From contig OZ287074.1 of the NCBI GenBank assembly GCA_965645245.1, positions 1,054,001 to 1,118,000 of the forward strand: a DNA stretch of 64,000 bases. The letters run 5' to 3'. A program made the position numbers and the translations under genes. The stretch comes from Massalongia carnosa (lineage: Eukaryota). Shown piece after piece: positions 36,867 through 48,665 of the stretch (the first letter of the stretch is position 1; every line of letters starts with the position of its first letter). The notes under the pieces are model-generated. The model worked only from the letters and a program-made list of their open reading frames with translations, made no database searches and was not told the DNA's origin.

Positions 36867-38767
36867 ATGACGGGAATGCTTTCGGTGGAAAAGCAAGAGT
36901 CGGCGCCACTGGGGCTCACAACGCCACGTTGCCCGCAGCATTCTCACGGATCCAGACAGTCATCAGAGGTTGAGTATGAGATTGCGCAGCAGCTGATCCA
37001 ACATTCTCAAGGGCGTCGGAATGGTAGTGGCACAAGTATGGTAGGCTCGAGCGATGAACGGAGGCCGCCTGTGGACGTCATGATGGCTACCAAGAGCCCA
37101 AAAGAGGACTTTAGATCCAAGAACAACAACTTTCAGCAACAGCAAGAGATTAGACGTACACCTTCGCAGGAACGCCCGCCAGAGTCTCACTATGCGCCAA
37201 TCAGCATTTCACCAGCTACGGGCCAAATGTGCAGGTAACATTCCTGCAACCAGTCTCAGTGTTTCTGAGCCAAGATTGCTGGCAGCGCTGACAGGCTCTC
37301 CGTAGTAATTGCGGAACAACGCAGACGCCTCTTTGGCGGCGATCTCCTGCCGGCTCTACTATCTGTAATGCCTGTGGATTGTACCTGAAAGCTCGTAATA
37401 TATCTCGTCCGACCAATCTTAAGAGACCCCCATCTACCTCCATATCAGCTCCAAGTTCGGAGATTGACACTCCGGATCATCAAAGGAGCCTGTCACCGAC
37501 GGCTGCCGACGGATCCGTACAAAATGGAAGATCTACGTATGTATCTGCGAATCAAATACCTTCTGGCTCATGTCCAGGTGGAGGCCATTGCAATGGCACC
37601 GGGGGGGCTGATGGATGTAATGGCTGTCCGGCATTCAACAATCGAGTCTCCAAGACGACCCAAGTAACCGTCTCCCATTTACCCCCAAGGCGAACAAGCA
37701 ACGAACCTGCTGGCGCCGATGAGTTGCTTGTTGCGGACACGTCACCAGACGATACCAGCCCTAAACCTATCCGGGAGACTCCTCCCTTGGCGCAGAACAC
37801 CACAAATCTCATTCTGTCTTGCCAAAACTGCGGTACGACGATCACCCCATTATGGCGGCGAGATGAGGCTGGCCGAACCATATGCAATGCGTGCGGTAGG
37901 TATTTCGTTCTGAGATTCTGAGCCAGGCTGACAGGTCAAGGGTTGTATCATAAACTTCATGGTGTACACCGCCCAGTAGCTATGAAGAAATCCATCATCA
38001 AACGCCGAAAAAGGGTGGTCCCCGCCATGCAAGATCACGAACACAATAACAACCATCTAACGTCATTTCCTGTTTCCCCATCTCCAAATCCACATTATTC
38101 GGAACCGCTGGATGCCCGACACCAGCCACGGGATTCTCCATCGGCCGACTTCAACGACGCTATCAACCTTGACGTTCGCGTGCGTGACCAACACCCGAGT
38201 CACCGCCATCAATACGACCCTCCGCCTATTGGAGTCGACTTTACTGGTTACCAGATTGACCAGGAGCGACGACCGTCTAGCCGTGAACGGCAGCAGCATC
38301 CTCACCTTTCCTTACCTAGTATTCACGATTCGTCATCACCTGACTCGCACCGAACGCTGAGCCCATTTCCTGGGTCAACAGCAAGGAAACGTAGCTTCTC
38401 TGATGCGCAGCTGGAAAAGAACACATCTTCGGCCTCTGAAAGCGGCCGCACCAACCGTCTGAGCTCCATCTCCTCCATTTTAAACCCTACCCGACGCATA
38501 CCTGCAGACGACATGCCCATTGATCCTTCCCTATCAGGCATCGGACAGCCCTCAGCACGTCGGCAATCCCAGCTTCTGCAACTTCAGCAACATCCTCAGC
38601 TCCCCCCCCTTCCGCCGGAGATTCGCCTGCGGAACGTGGCCGACGGGGATCCAGGCGGCTGGGACCGGACGGAGCGGAAAGCGCGATTGCGGCGGGAAAC
38701 GGAGCAGATACGCGAATTGCTCCGGGCGAAGGAGAAGGAGCTTGAGGAATTGGGCGGAGATACGTGA
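36867..38767 (+). CDS. sreA: Iron-responsive GATA repressor SreA/Sre/Urbs1 (3 exons; start codon uncertain)
   Basis: Two GATA fingers ([28 protein letters not shown]) separated by Cys-rich [21 protein letters not shown]-terminal coiled coil. Confidence 0.95.
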
Positions 38768-39104
38768 CGGGTCTTTCTGCGGGGACGGCTGGCTTATCGT
38801 TGTTCTTTGGGCGAAGGGGGTTCTTTCTGCCTTTGAGGTTAGCGGGTATCTAGGCAGGAGGCCCCGCGTCTACATACGACATGGAACGAATCTTGTACGA
38901 TGCGCGACAAAGCTGTGCGATATGCCTAGTAGTTGGAAAGGGGGGATGGAAAGGTCAGACCGCTCTTGGTCATTTCATTCCTCTCAAGCAGTAATGGTTG
39001 GAACGAAACGTGTCGGAAAAGCGAACGCATCTGATGTCTCGTTCAATTTTGATGGTTGCTCGATTTCGGTTTCTGCCTCGTGGATTTGTAAACAATTTTG
39101 TCCA

Positions 39105-40470
39105 TCAATACCAGATCTTGATCAACTCCTCGCTCACGGCGCTCGGTGTATGCACCCCTGACTCGGTAATCAACGCCGTGATCAGCTCCGGCGGCGTGAA
39201 GTCCACCGCCTCATCCTCCCCGCCCCTACTGCCTCCCCCGTCCTCAACCACCTCCCGCTTCCCTTCCCACTTCCATTCCTCCCCTTTCCCATCTCCCCGT
39301 TTCCAGTCATCCTCCCCTTTTCCCTCCCCACCCTTCCCTTCATCCTCATCATCGCCCTCGGTCCGGAAATCCAAGCTCCCGACACCCCCGGGCAAATCCC
39401 CCTGCCCCAACGGATACAGCCTCACGAATTTGTGACTCTCGACCACGACGTAAAAGGGCTTGCCCGCGCTGCGCGCCAAGAGCCCCAGCTGGTAGGTGCC
39501 CAAGCGGCTGATGACGCCGCCGTTCTCGACCACGCCTTCTGCGCCGACGATCACGATGCTGACCGCCCGCATGGCGCTCGCGACCGCGCCTTCCGTGATG
39601 GTGGCCACGGGCACACCGAGCAAGCGGAGGGAGCGAACAAGTGAAGTAGGTGCTTGCACCGGCGCGACGTTCGAGGATGACGATAACGATGACGACGAGG
39701 AAGTGGAAGAACGTACGTAGACGACGCGAAAGCGCACGCCGGCGTCGGCGGCGGCAGAGAGCACAGCGGTCACCACCCGGCTTCCCCCGCTCGTTAGTAC
39801 CACCGTTCCGTCGCGGACAAAGCGTCGCGCTACCGCTGCGATGGTGCCTCGGGCTTCCTTGGCGCGCTTGACGAATAGTCGGCCGTTACTCATCAAGTGC
39901 GCGCGGATAGTGCGGAAATCGTCCCTACCGGGCCCCGCGGCGCCGCCGCTGCTTCTGCCATGTTTCCCGCTGCTACGATGGGTCGAGGACGACGATGATG
40001 AGGAGGATTGCAGGGTGGAGATTAGATAACGTTGGAAGAGATCGGTCCCGGCAGAGAGGGGGATTGGGTTGGGGACGGCGTGTTTCAGGCGCGCGGTGTG
40101 GGTGGCGAGTAGGGAGAGGGTTTCGGAGATTGTGGAGGGAGGGGAATGGGTTAGGAGGAGGATTAGGGCTTCGATTGCGGCGACGGGCATGGTGAGGAGC
40201 GGATCGGTGCGGAGGAGGTGGTGGTAGGTTTCAATGATGCTGTGGTAATTGAAAAGGGGGGGGGGGAGGGGGTTATTAGTTGGGCTGGGTGAATTGGGGA
40301 TTGGGGGAAGGAGGGAGTGCTAACTCAAATGGAGGGGATTCGTTGGTGGATGGTGGTTGTGAGATGGGGGGGTCGGTCGAAACGGTGGGATTGGACGCTG
40401 TGATTTGAATTAATGCTATCATTGAGTTGAGGGTGGCTATAGACTTACGTGAAGGCGTTGATTCAGCCAT
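39105..40470 (-). CDS. GCN3: Translation initiation factor eIF2B alpha subunit (two short 5' exons)
   Basis: MPVAAIEAL, LSAGTDLFQRY, VGAEGVVENGG, ESHKFVRLYPL, VDFTPPELITALITESGVHTPSAVSEELIKIWY. Confidence 0.95.
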
Positions 40471-40730
40471 CTGTGGGTGAGGCTCCTTCAAGAAAGCTGC
40501 GATGATTCAGAGCGGTGGTTTAGAAAACTCTAGGAATATCGCGGGGTTTTTATTCGTGCACATAAGTCACGATCCGATATGTACATAAGGCAAGACCCGT
40601 TAATATTCCGTCAAAATCTGTCAAAAGAGGTGCATATTCCAACCTGTTTGTCGAACTTATTGGAGGCCTCCACTCTTCATCTATCTAAAATGGCTTGAGT
40701 CACACCTGACGCATCGTTCAAGCCAACCAA

Positions 40731-41540
40731 ATGACGTCCAGCTCGAATCCCCCACCCCTCGATGCCATCCAACGCGTCCTCTTCATCGCCTCTTCGGTCC
40801 ACGTCTATAACATACCTCCCCTCACTTCGACAAAAGGATATCTAGCCGCGCCGTGGACAGCCGACGGGAGTAAGCGTCAGATCTTCACTGCGCGCCTCCG
40901 TGTGCTGGAAACCGCAATCCCGACCCCCGATGGCAATGGAGAAAAGCTGAGCGCAGATATCTTGCTCGAGGATCCGTCGACAGGGCAGTTATTTGCCGCA
41001 GCGCCATATACGAATGCAGGGGTTGTGGAGGCGACGTTGGATAGCATGAGGTTCTTCGCCGTGAGGGTCGTCGGAGATGGGGGAATGAAGGCGGTTTTGG
41101 GGATTGGGTTTGAGGAGAGAGGGGAAGCGATGGATTTTGGGATCACGTTGCAAGAGGTGCGGAAGGTGCAGGCGATGGACAAAGAGGTGGGTAGAAAAAT
41201 CCCTGTGGGCAAAACACCCGTGAAGATCGAGGAGAAGAAGGATTTCAGCTTGAAGGCGGGGGAAACGATTCATGTGGATATCGGGTGGAAAGGGAGGGGG
41301 AAACCGAGAGGAGGGATCGCGGATCCAGGGGGAGAGGATGAACGCGCACCGTTTTCGATAGTACCGCCTCCATATACCCCAAGAGCGGGAGTGGGAGGAA
41401 TCATGCCTTTGCTGCCACCTCCGCCCACCGCGCGGGATGTGAAGGCGGAGAGGCGGAGGAGTAGACAAGAAGTTACCGCCCCTGTGGATTCAACATCCGA
41501 TCTGGGATTCGATGATGGGGAGTTCGGGGAGTTCCAATAA
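40731..41540 (+). CDS. NECAP-like adaptin ear-binding coat-associated protein (DUF1681)
   Basis: VHVYNIPP, LFAAAPY, DSMRFFAVRV, LGIGFEER, DFSLKAGETI, C-terminal FGEFQ. Confidence 0.9.
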   Translation: MTSSSNPPPLDAIQRVLFIASSVHVYNIPPLTSTKGYLAAPWTADGSKRQIFTARLRVLETAIPTPDGNGEKLSADILLEDPSTGQLFAAAPYTNAGVVEATLDSMRFFAVRVVGDGGMKAVLGIGFEERGEAMDFGITLQEVRKVQAMDKEVGRKIPVGKTPVKIEEKKDFSLKAGETIHVDIGWKGRGKPRGGIADPGGEDERAPFSIVPPPYTPRAGVGGIMPLLPPPPTARDVKAERRRSRQEVTAPVDSTSDLGFDDGEFGEFQ

Positions 41541-41761
41541 AAAGGCGCAAAAGTCTCTCACAAACGGTTCCACGGTCGCTAACTTGGCACTCATTTTTGC
41601 GCAAAGGCAAATGATTGTGGCTGCCCAGCATGCTTTTGGTGGCTATTGCCTCGTCACTATCCCTCTTCCTTCTCATCCTTCTGTTAATCCTCCTCTTCTA
41701 TTTCACTATCTTCAACCTATTTGGATTGAACTAAAAATCCAAACAAAGCAAAGAACTCTCG

Positions 41762-43180
41762 ATGTCGCTCCTCAGCTTGCCCAATGAGCTTCTTATCATG
41801 GTCCTGGAATGTATTTTACCTGGCGATATAGCTAATTTCTCCATGATCTGCCGACGAGTCAATCAGCTCTCGACACCCATGATGAAAGAACATCAAAGAC
41901 TGGCACCGAAATATTCAGATCTTCACCTTTATCGCCACACCATCGACTCAGCGTTTCTTGACTACTGCGTCAAACCCTACAGACTTGCCCAATATCCAGA
42001 GAGGCTGATACTCCACGAATGGCGTGCCTTCATTCCGCCGCCAGAGGAGAATCTCGGTGTCACGTTTGGACAGGTTTGTGTCAGAGTTAAAGAAATGGGC
42101 TTTATGACTGCTCAGAGGATCATTTATTGGTATGACCGGCTTTTTTACCACCATGCAATCATCAGCGCCTTTATGTTGCCTTGCCTTCCAAATTTACGAT
42201 GTTTGAAACTCGGCGGACAAAGCGTCCCGGAATTGCAATGTTTACGAGATATTGTCGGCGGAATTGTCAAGTCAGGGCGGCGTTCCGGGCATCATCAGGC
42301 TTTGTCGAGGCTGTCTCAAATCGAAATCGAAATCGGTCCATCTAGACGCCATCATCTCAAGTACTTCGTACCTTTCATGGCCCTTCCTAGCTTACGGAGC
42401 TTTGTCGCTAAACGACTGATGTGCCTGGACTCGAAAGGGATTCAATTCGAACCATGTTGCTCGCAGGTCGAACACCTGCAACTCTTTTGTTCTCTCATAT
42501 CAAAGGAAAGCTATCCACCACTTCTCCGTAGTTTCAAGGCGTTGAAACGGTTTGCCTACGCCACCACAACGGGCAACCTCATTGTACCGTCTATAATTAG
42601 TTCTCTTCGAGAGTATCATCAGGACACCCTCGAAGAGCTTACCCTTATAAATCGGCAACATTTTGACCACTTCATTGGCTCCCTCTGCAGCTTCACAGCT
42701 CTCAAGGTGGTAGTAATAAACCACAGGTTTCTCCTCAACGCCAGGAAAATGCCACGGTTTGTGGATCTTTTCCCCCCATCAATAGAGTCAGTCAGCATCT
42801 GGGGAGACTTTGAAGATGGGGATGAAAGGGGGCTTTTCACCGACTTCAGTCGATTGAGGGAGTCTTGTTTCCCGAATCTCCGTAGCATCATTGCGGACGA
42901 CGGGTTGCCCAGGAGTGGAGAGTTCATTCCACCAAAGGGTCCTTTTCGTTTTACATACACAATGCTCCGAAAGGGTAGTAGAGCTTGGTCCGGCTTGGAT
43001 GCAGCGGGAAAATGGACACATTGCGGTTCAGGAACGGGGATATTCTCTGTATGGTCGATGAAATATTCCAAGAAACACAGAAGAGTACTTCTGTTTGGAA
43101 AATCCCAGTCTCCAAAGCCCCTCTTGTTGAATCAAAGTCTTAGAGAGCACATTGTGGCTGTAGTGCCTGATGTAAGGTAA
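41762..43180 (+). CDS. F-box protein with degenerate leucine-rich repeats, intronless
   Basis: N-terminal SLLSLPNELLIMVLECI; LPNLRCLKL, LPSLRSF, FPNLRSI. Confidence 0.8.
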   Translation: MSLLSLPNELLIMVLECILPGDIANFSMICRRVNQLSTPMMKEHQRLAPKYSDLHLYRHTIDSAFLDYCVKPYRLAQYPERLILHEWRAFIPPPEENLGVTFGQVCVRVKEMGFMTAQRIIYWYDRLFYHHAIISAFMLPCLPNLRCLKLGGQSVPELQCLRDIVGGIVKSGRRSGHHQALSRLSQIEIEIGPSRRHHLKYFVPFMALPSLRSFVAKRLMCLDSKGIQFEPCCSQVEHLQLFCSLISKESYPPLLRSFKALKRFAYATTTGNLIVPSIISSLREYHQDTLEELTLINRQHFDHFIGSLCSFTALKVVVINHRFLLNARKMPRFVDLFPPSIESVSIWGDFEDGDERGLFTDFSRLRESCFPNLRSIIADDGLPRSGEFIPPKGPFRFTYTMLRKGSRAWSGLDAAGKWTHCGSGTGIFSVWSMKYSKKHRRVLLFGKSQSPKPLLLNQSLREHIVAVVPDVR

Positions 43181-43415
43181 CGAGCACAACTGATGATATG
43201 GGCTTACTTTAGTCGATCATTCGTCCGCCCGAAATACCAAGAGATACATATCTAGAATACCCTTCAGATCGCTACCTAAAGCTTGGAAGCGACAACGTGC
43301 CCCGCCTCTATCTTTCTTGCGCTTCTTTCACCGGCTACTCGCAGACTCTATTTATGTCCCGCAACACTTGAACTGGTGTCAATGTCGTATCAAGCTTGAC
43401 CCTTAGTTCCCAATC

Positions 43416-44481
43416 ATGCCATATCCAGAGACCTTGAAGACGAACCCCAAGATCATATTTTTTTACCGATTTCGATGGCACCATTACCGTCCAAGACAGT
43501 AAGCTCCATGACGCAGTCAAATTATCGCTCATGTTGATACTATGCTTTAGGCAATGACTGGCTAGTAATTTAGTGACCATTCCGCCCTTCGTCCTCCATA
43601 CTAACAACCCGGCTGCGCAGACCGACAACCTTGGATTCGGAAGAAAACTGCGGTCCGAAGGGAACCTGGACGTCCTGGAGACTCGTAAATCATTTCGGTT
43701 CAAAATAAGCGCACAGCTGTGCGAAACAGAAGTTTCACGTGAGGCTTCATTAATCGCTGCAATAGTGATTTGTTCAAAGAGCTGTCAAGACTCCCTTTCC
43801 GCGATGCATCAAGGTTTTGTGCGAAAACATTGAACTCGACCCTGGCTTCAAGGACTTTTACCAATGGGCAAGGGAAAATAACGTCCTGGTTATTGTGCTT
43901 TCGTCTGGCATGACTCCCATCATCCGAGCTCTACTTTTGCATCTCCTTGGCCCAGTGGCTTCCGACATCGAGATTCTCAGCAATAACGTCGTTGATCGCC
44001 CGGGTAAGTCTCAAGATGAGGAGGGCGGGTGGGAGATCAAGTTTCGCGATGATAGCGGCTTTGGTCATGATAAAGTCTTTGGCCATCCGGCCGTATACCA
44101 AGCAATTTTTGGAGAGGCCAGACGAGCATAGACCTACCATGTTGTACGCTGGAAACGGGTCTCCTATCTCTCGGCGGCTCGAGAGACGGATATTCTGTTT
44201 GCAAAGAAGGGCAAATGTAGGTTTAAGACTAGCATATAATGCTAGATTTACCATCATGTTCAGTTATCAAATACTCATCGGCTAGTAGATCTTATCACCT
44301 ATTGCGAACGCGAAGGTATCCCATTTACCATCTTTGAAGACTAGGGATCAATCCTGGCAACCACTAGAGACATCTTGTAAGTTTTTGAACAATACTAGTT
44401 AGTCAATATCGAATTGAACAGTTTGTACTCCGTAGTGAAGGAAAGGCTACTGCTGAAAAGGTTGCTGCCGAGGGCCAGTAG
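43416..44481 (+). pseudogene. HAD-superfamily phosphatase pseudogene (MtnX/YNL010W-like)
   Basis: IFFTDFDGTIT, VLSSGM, FGHDK and AG-G-S motifs are present but broken by frameshifts near 43781, 44075 and 44159 and a TAG at 44342-44344. Confidence 0.85.
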
Positions 44482-44976
44482 GAGCAAGCTCTCCGACCCA
44501 AAACCAAGCTCCAATCCTGAAATGAGGCTTTGACAGCCGCTAAGCCGGCTATTCGCATTACCATTTCAACGATGAATCCGGAAGATAAGAGAGATAGAGG
44601 ATCAATGTAAGGGAAGTTTAAGACACTTCCTACCAAGTTGAGAAATACAAACTAGCATTTAGACATTTTAGTAAGACATTTTAGTAGACATGTTTTTCCG
44701 CCATGCACAAGAAATCGAGCGATCTAATGAATGTGCCTTACAGAGGATAAGTTCATCGGGAAGTATCCTAGAGCACGTTCCCGGAGAATTAACACTAGAA
44801 ATACTTGTAGTGTACGGAGTACTCCGTATAGTACTCTGTATTTAAGATACAATTACTCCGTAATGTAAAGGTAGCTCTTCTAGTGTAGTACGGAAATCAA
44901 GCTACGATCTTCCTTTCTATCACCTTCAAAACCCCCAACCTAACATTTCCCTCCATTATCTCACCAATCCAGAGAA

Positions 44977-45859
44977 ATGCCTCGCTCCCTTGTCTCACCC
45001 CTCCGCTCTATTCTCTCCCCTCCCCTCGTTTCAAATCCCATTCTTTGCGTCCTCTCCCGCCTCCTCCACCCCACCTCCATCCCCAACTCCAATCCCGACC
45101 ATAACCTCCACGCTCGCCATTTCACCTCGGCTCGGCCCCTCTCCGCAACTCTTATGCAGATTCTGCGCAATCCCCGCGTCCCTAAACGCGCCCGTCACGC
45201 AGTCTCCCCCGCGCTCGTGAACCGGCCGCATATGAAGGCTGTTTGCCTGAAAGTCGGCACGATGAAGCCGAAAAAACCTAATTCGGCGGAGCGCAAGATC
45301 GCGAGAGTAAGGCTTAGCAATGGGAGGGCGGTGACGGCGTATATATCTGGTGAAGGTGGGTTTTCGTGAGCTTAAATCAAGAGTTTCTTTGAGTAGTGGA
45401 AAAGTGGGGGAAAGGGGCGATTGGGTGAATGGGAAGAAATGGGAAAAGAGGGGCGGAAGGTGGAATGAATAAAACATAGGCTGGAGATGGCGATGCCTGA
45501 AGGTTAAAGGTTTTTCGCATCGCGCTGATACAAAACCTTAGGCCATAACGCCCAGCAGCACAGTGTGGTTCTCGTACGCGGGGGCCGCAGTCAGGACTGT
45601 CCCGGCGTGCGCTATCATCTCGTTCGGGGCGCTTTGGATTTGGTTTGTCTTTTCTTCTCCCTTTTCCCCATTCCTCTGCCTTCCGTCCTTTCCTGCCTTT
45701 GCACTCTCTTCCCTTTCTCCGGTTTCATCCAGTAGATGATAGATTAGTTATGTTTCCCTTTCGCTGACTGGGAGATCTATAAAGGGCGGAGTCGGGAACC
45801 GGATCACGTCACGGTCGAAATACGGGACTAAGAAGCCAAAGAGGGCGGGATCGGGGTGA
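44977..45859 (+). CDS. MRPS12: Mitochondrial ribosomal protein uS12m (3 exons)
   Basis: [54 protein letters not shown]-terminal presequence. Confidence 0.95.
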
Positions 45860-46466
45860 GAGGTGTGTTGTGTATAGTCAGAGGATGGAGATTGGGTTGA
45901 GGGCTAAGGGTTAAGAAACTCCGTGGGTCAATTTACGGTAGCTGGGTGAATGATAGATGATGATGGGTATGGTTTCGGTTGGAGTTGGAACCTTCCTTGC
46001 ATGGCATGTACTTACCTAGCTGGAGAAAAATCTTTCACACCAATTCACACCACTTCAAACATTGTAAATGAGGAATACCCGCCCTTTGTTCTGCAAAGGA
46101 CTTATATAAAAATTACCCGGGTAACGCAAATGTCAAAAGCGCAATCAGTATTCTTTGAAAACGCCTCGACATTCTTCTCATAGTCCAGAATTCATTGGTT
46201 CATTTACCTTTTATATTCTTGAGCTCCATTCTTCGATTTTGATGAAAGAACAAAGCGCAACATTTTTTTTCCAACCATTTTCCCTTCGCTGCTACATGGA
46301 CGGGATGATGGTCGTACAATCTGAGGGGAAGGAGGATTCAGAAGAGAGATTACAAGAAGAACCACTGCTAACAACAGCCGATTTCCCCCTTTAAGAAATG
46401 TAAAAATATCGTATCGTATTAGCTGCGGGTAGAGGAAATATGATAGGACAGTATCAAAAGTGCTCT

Positions 46467-47908
46467 TTAATCCTGCTCCAGCTCATAACCAGCTGGTTTC
46501 GGAAGCTTTAGCAGGTCGAAAAACCTCGAGGTACCTATTTAGATCAGTAAAACGTATTCTCTTTTCTCATTGAACATAAGGAGGAAAGCAGAGTGAGACA
46601 GAAAGAACGCACAGGAGTAGCCTTTCCAGTCGAAATTCTCTTTGGGATTGCAGCTGCATTTCAGATCGATGCGACGCTTTTCCCCGGTCGGGCAATGCGT
46701 AAAGGGCACGTGGTAATATGCGATGTCGTCAAAGAAGTGTATCTCCTCCTTCTTAAGGAGGAGGCCGGCGGCAACGGAGTGGACGGGCGCGTCGCCCCAG
46801 CGCTCGTAGAAGAAGCCGCCGTCTTTGTCGAGGGATTCGAAGTAGTCGAGATAGGCTGGGGATCGCAGCCAGTTGAGATTTCCAATCTCGAAGTTAGACC
46901 ACTACCTTGTTATTAACATTTGCCTCTACTCCGGCGAGACAGAAAACTGGAAGCTTACGAAATGGCAATGGTTATATGTTTCCCCTTTGTCATCGCTCAG
47001 CCAATCCATAGCATTACCTTCGACTATGTGCTCCGGGTGCTTCTTCATAAAGGTCTTTACACTATCCCACAACGTAGGGATTGTTTCGACGTATTCGTAA
47101 AGACTGAGAACAAAGCTGTATTTCTTGCCATTATCGCTCATGTACTTGAAGGGATCGTAGCCCACGTCGCAGTAAAGCTCAATGCTTGGTTCAACCCGCC
47201 AATACCATTCGAACTGGTTCATCAACGGCTGCCGGAAAAAAAATCCGGACTCGAAGCGGCACATATGCCTGTAACTGGTAGAGTCTCCATAAATGATCTT
47301 TCGCTCATGCATATCCTCTCGAACTTTGCGTGCCTTGTCCTGATCGATCCATTCTGGAAACGACCAATGCTCTTGAGCGATCTCGCCATAATGGGTTTTA
47401 CCGGAAACAAGAGCGGTAGTAACTTTTTTGAATTCCGCGTCGAATGGTTTGTCGTTAAGGAACACCCAATCATAATGATAGTTCTTGTTGAATCGATCTT
47501 CAACATGTCGGATAGATTTTACAATCTCCCATAGATCTGTGTTCCGCGCCAACGTTACGAACGTCGCATTCATCTTCCCTGCGGAAGCAACAGGCGAAGG
47601 GAGGCTCGAGGAAGGGTTTGGAGTTGTGGGTGCTGGAGGAGCAACCTGAATGGGCTCCGCGACGGGTTTCTTCACTGGTAAAGAAGTCGGCGCGGCTACG
47701 CTTGGCCGAGCTTCCTCCTTTTGCCCTGTCCATTGAAGATTCGGGGTTGCAGATATGGCAGGCGGAGGTATTGAAGATGATGTGGATATGAAATAAAGAA
47801 CTATAACCCCCTGAGATAAGTTAGCGATAGCGTACAATAGAAGGATTGAGATCTTACAAAAAATGCAAACAAGATATATCTCAAAACTCTTGATGTTCCA
47901 GCGGCCAT
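46467..47908 (-). CDS. Alpha-1,2-mannosyltransferase, GT15 (KRE2/KTR/Mnt1 family)
   Basis: Type II anchor; [57 protein letters not shown]. Confidence 0.95.
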
Positions 47909-48665
47909 CTTCGCTGGCTTCTCGTCCCTGGTGCCTGTGGAAAATCCAGAACTTCAACGTAACTTCTTCTGGATTTTTCGCAAGTTGTCTTTGCTGCAAG
48001 GCACTCTCAAAGTTAGACTGTTGAGTGCTGTTTCAGTATCGTCTCGAGGCTGTACGTAACCAGCAGGTAAGCGTACTGTGGCTGCTACTAAAGCCACTCA
48101 GCGCTTATTAATAGTGAATTGACCAAGAAGTTCGGTAGTGTTCGTGCTCAAATGCCAAAGGGAATAGGATGTTCATTCATAACTCAAGCAGGACATATGA
48201 GAGAGGTGTCAACTAGGGAAAACACTAGGGGGTAGGTTAGGTATGTGCTCATCCAGTAAGGGGCTTTCGCGTCATCCATTGGACCCTGGAATGGAAAGCA
48301 AATACTAATCAGCGACCTGTTAAAGACGGTATCTTTTATCTAGCTGTAAGGTATAATTCATCTTTCCATATATTACAAGTTATGTATCTTTCACAGTGAA
48401 TTGATCCCCCCACCCACGACATGAACCGTCATCATTAACCTGGGTATCTTCGTGACGCTATTCAAACTGAACCTTTAAAGCTGTCTTTCATTTTCTTCTA
48501 TTAGGCGGCTTCCTAGTTTGTCTATGAACGTTCAACTCAGAGCCTATTTTCTTTGCCGTTTCCTTTCTGTTAAATTCGGTTATTTCAAAGCTCTCTCATT
48601 TTGCCCATCACTCGTCGGGTCCCGATGTGCCACGATTGTCTAATACTAGAGAACCAGCCCAGATT

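Noticed and set aside
46009..46040. U1 snRNA-like start TACTTACCT
   Set aside because: No U1 stem-loops or Sm site follow; it is just a donor-like sequence on the minus strand.
46920..47534. Long antisense ORFs (also 23088-23852, 9438-9893, 59942-60556)
   Set aside because: Shadow or alternative frames of well-supported genes, with no motifs of their own.
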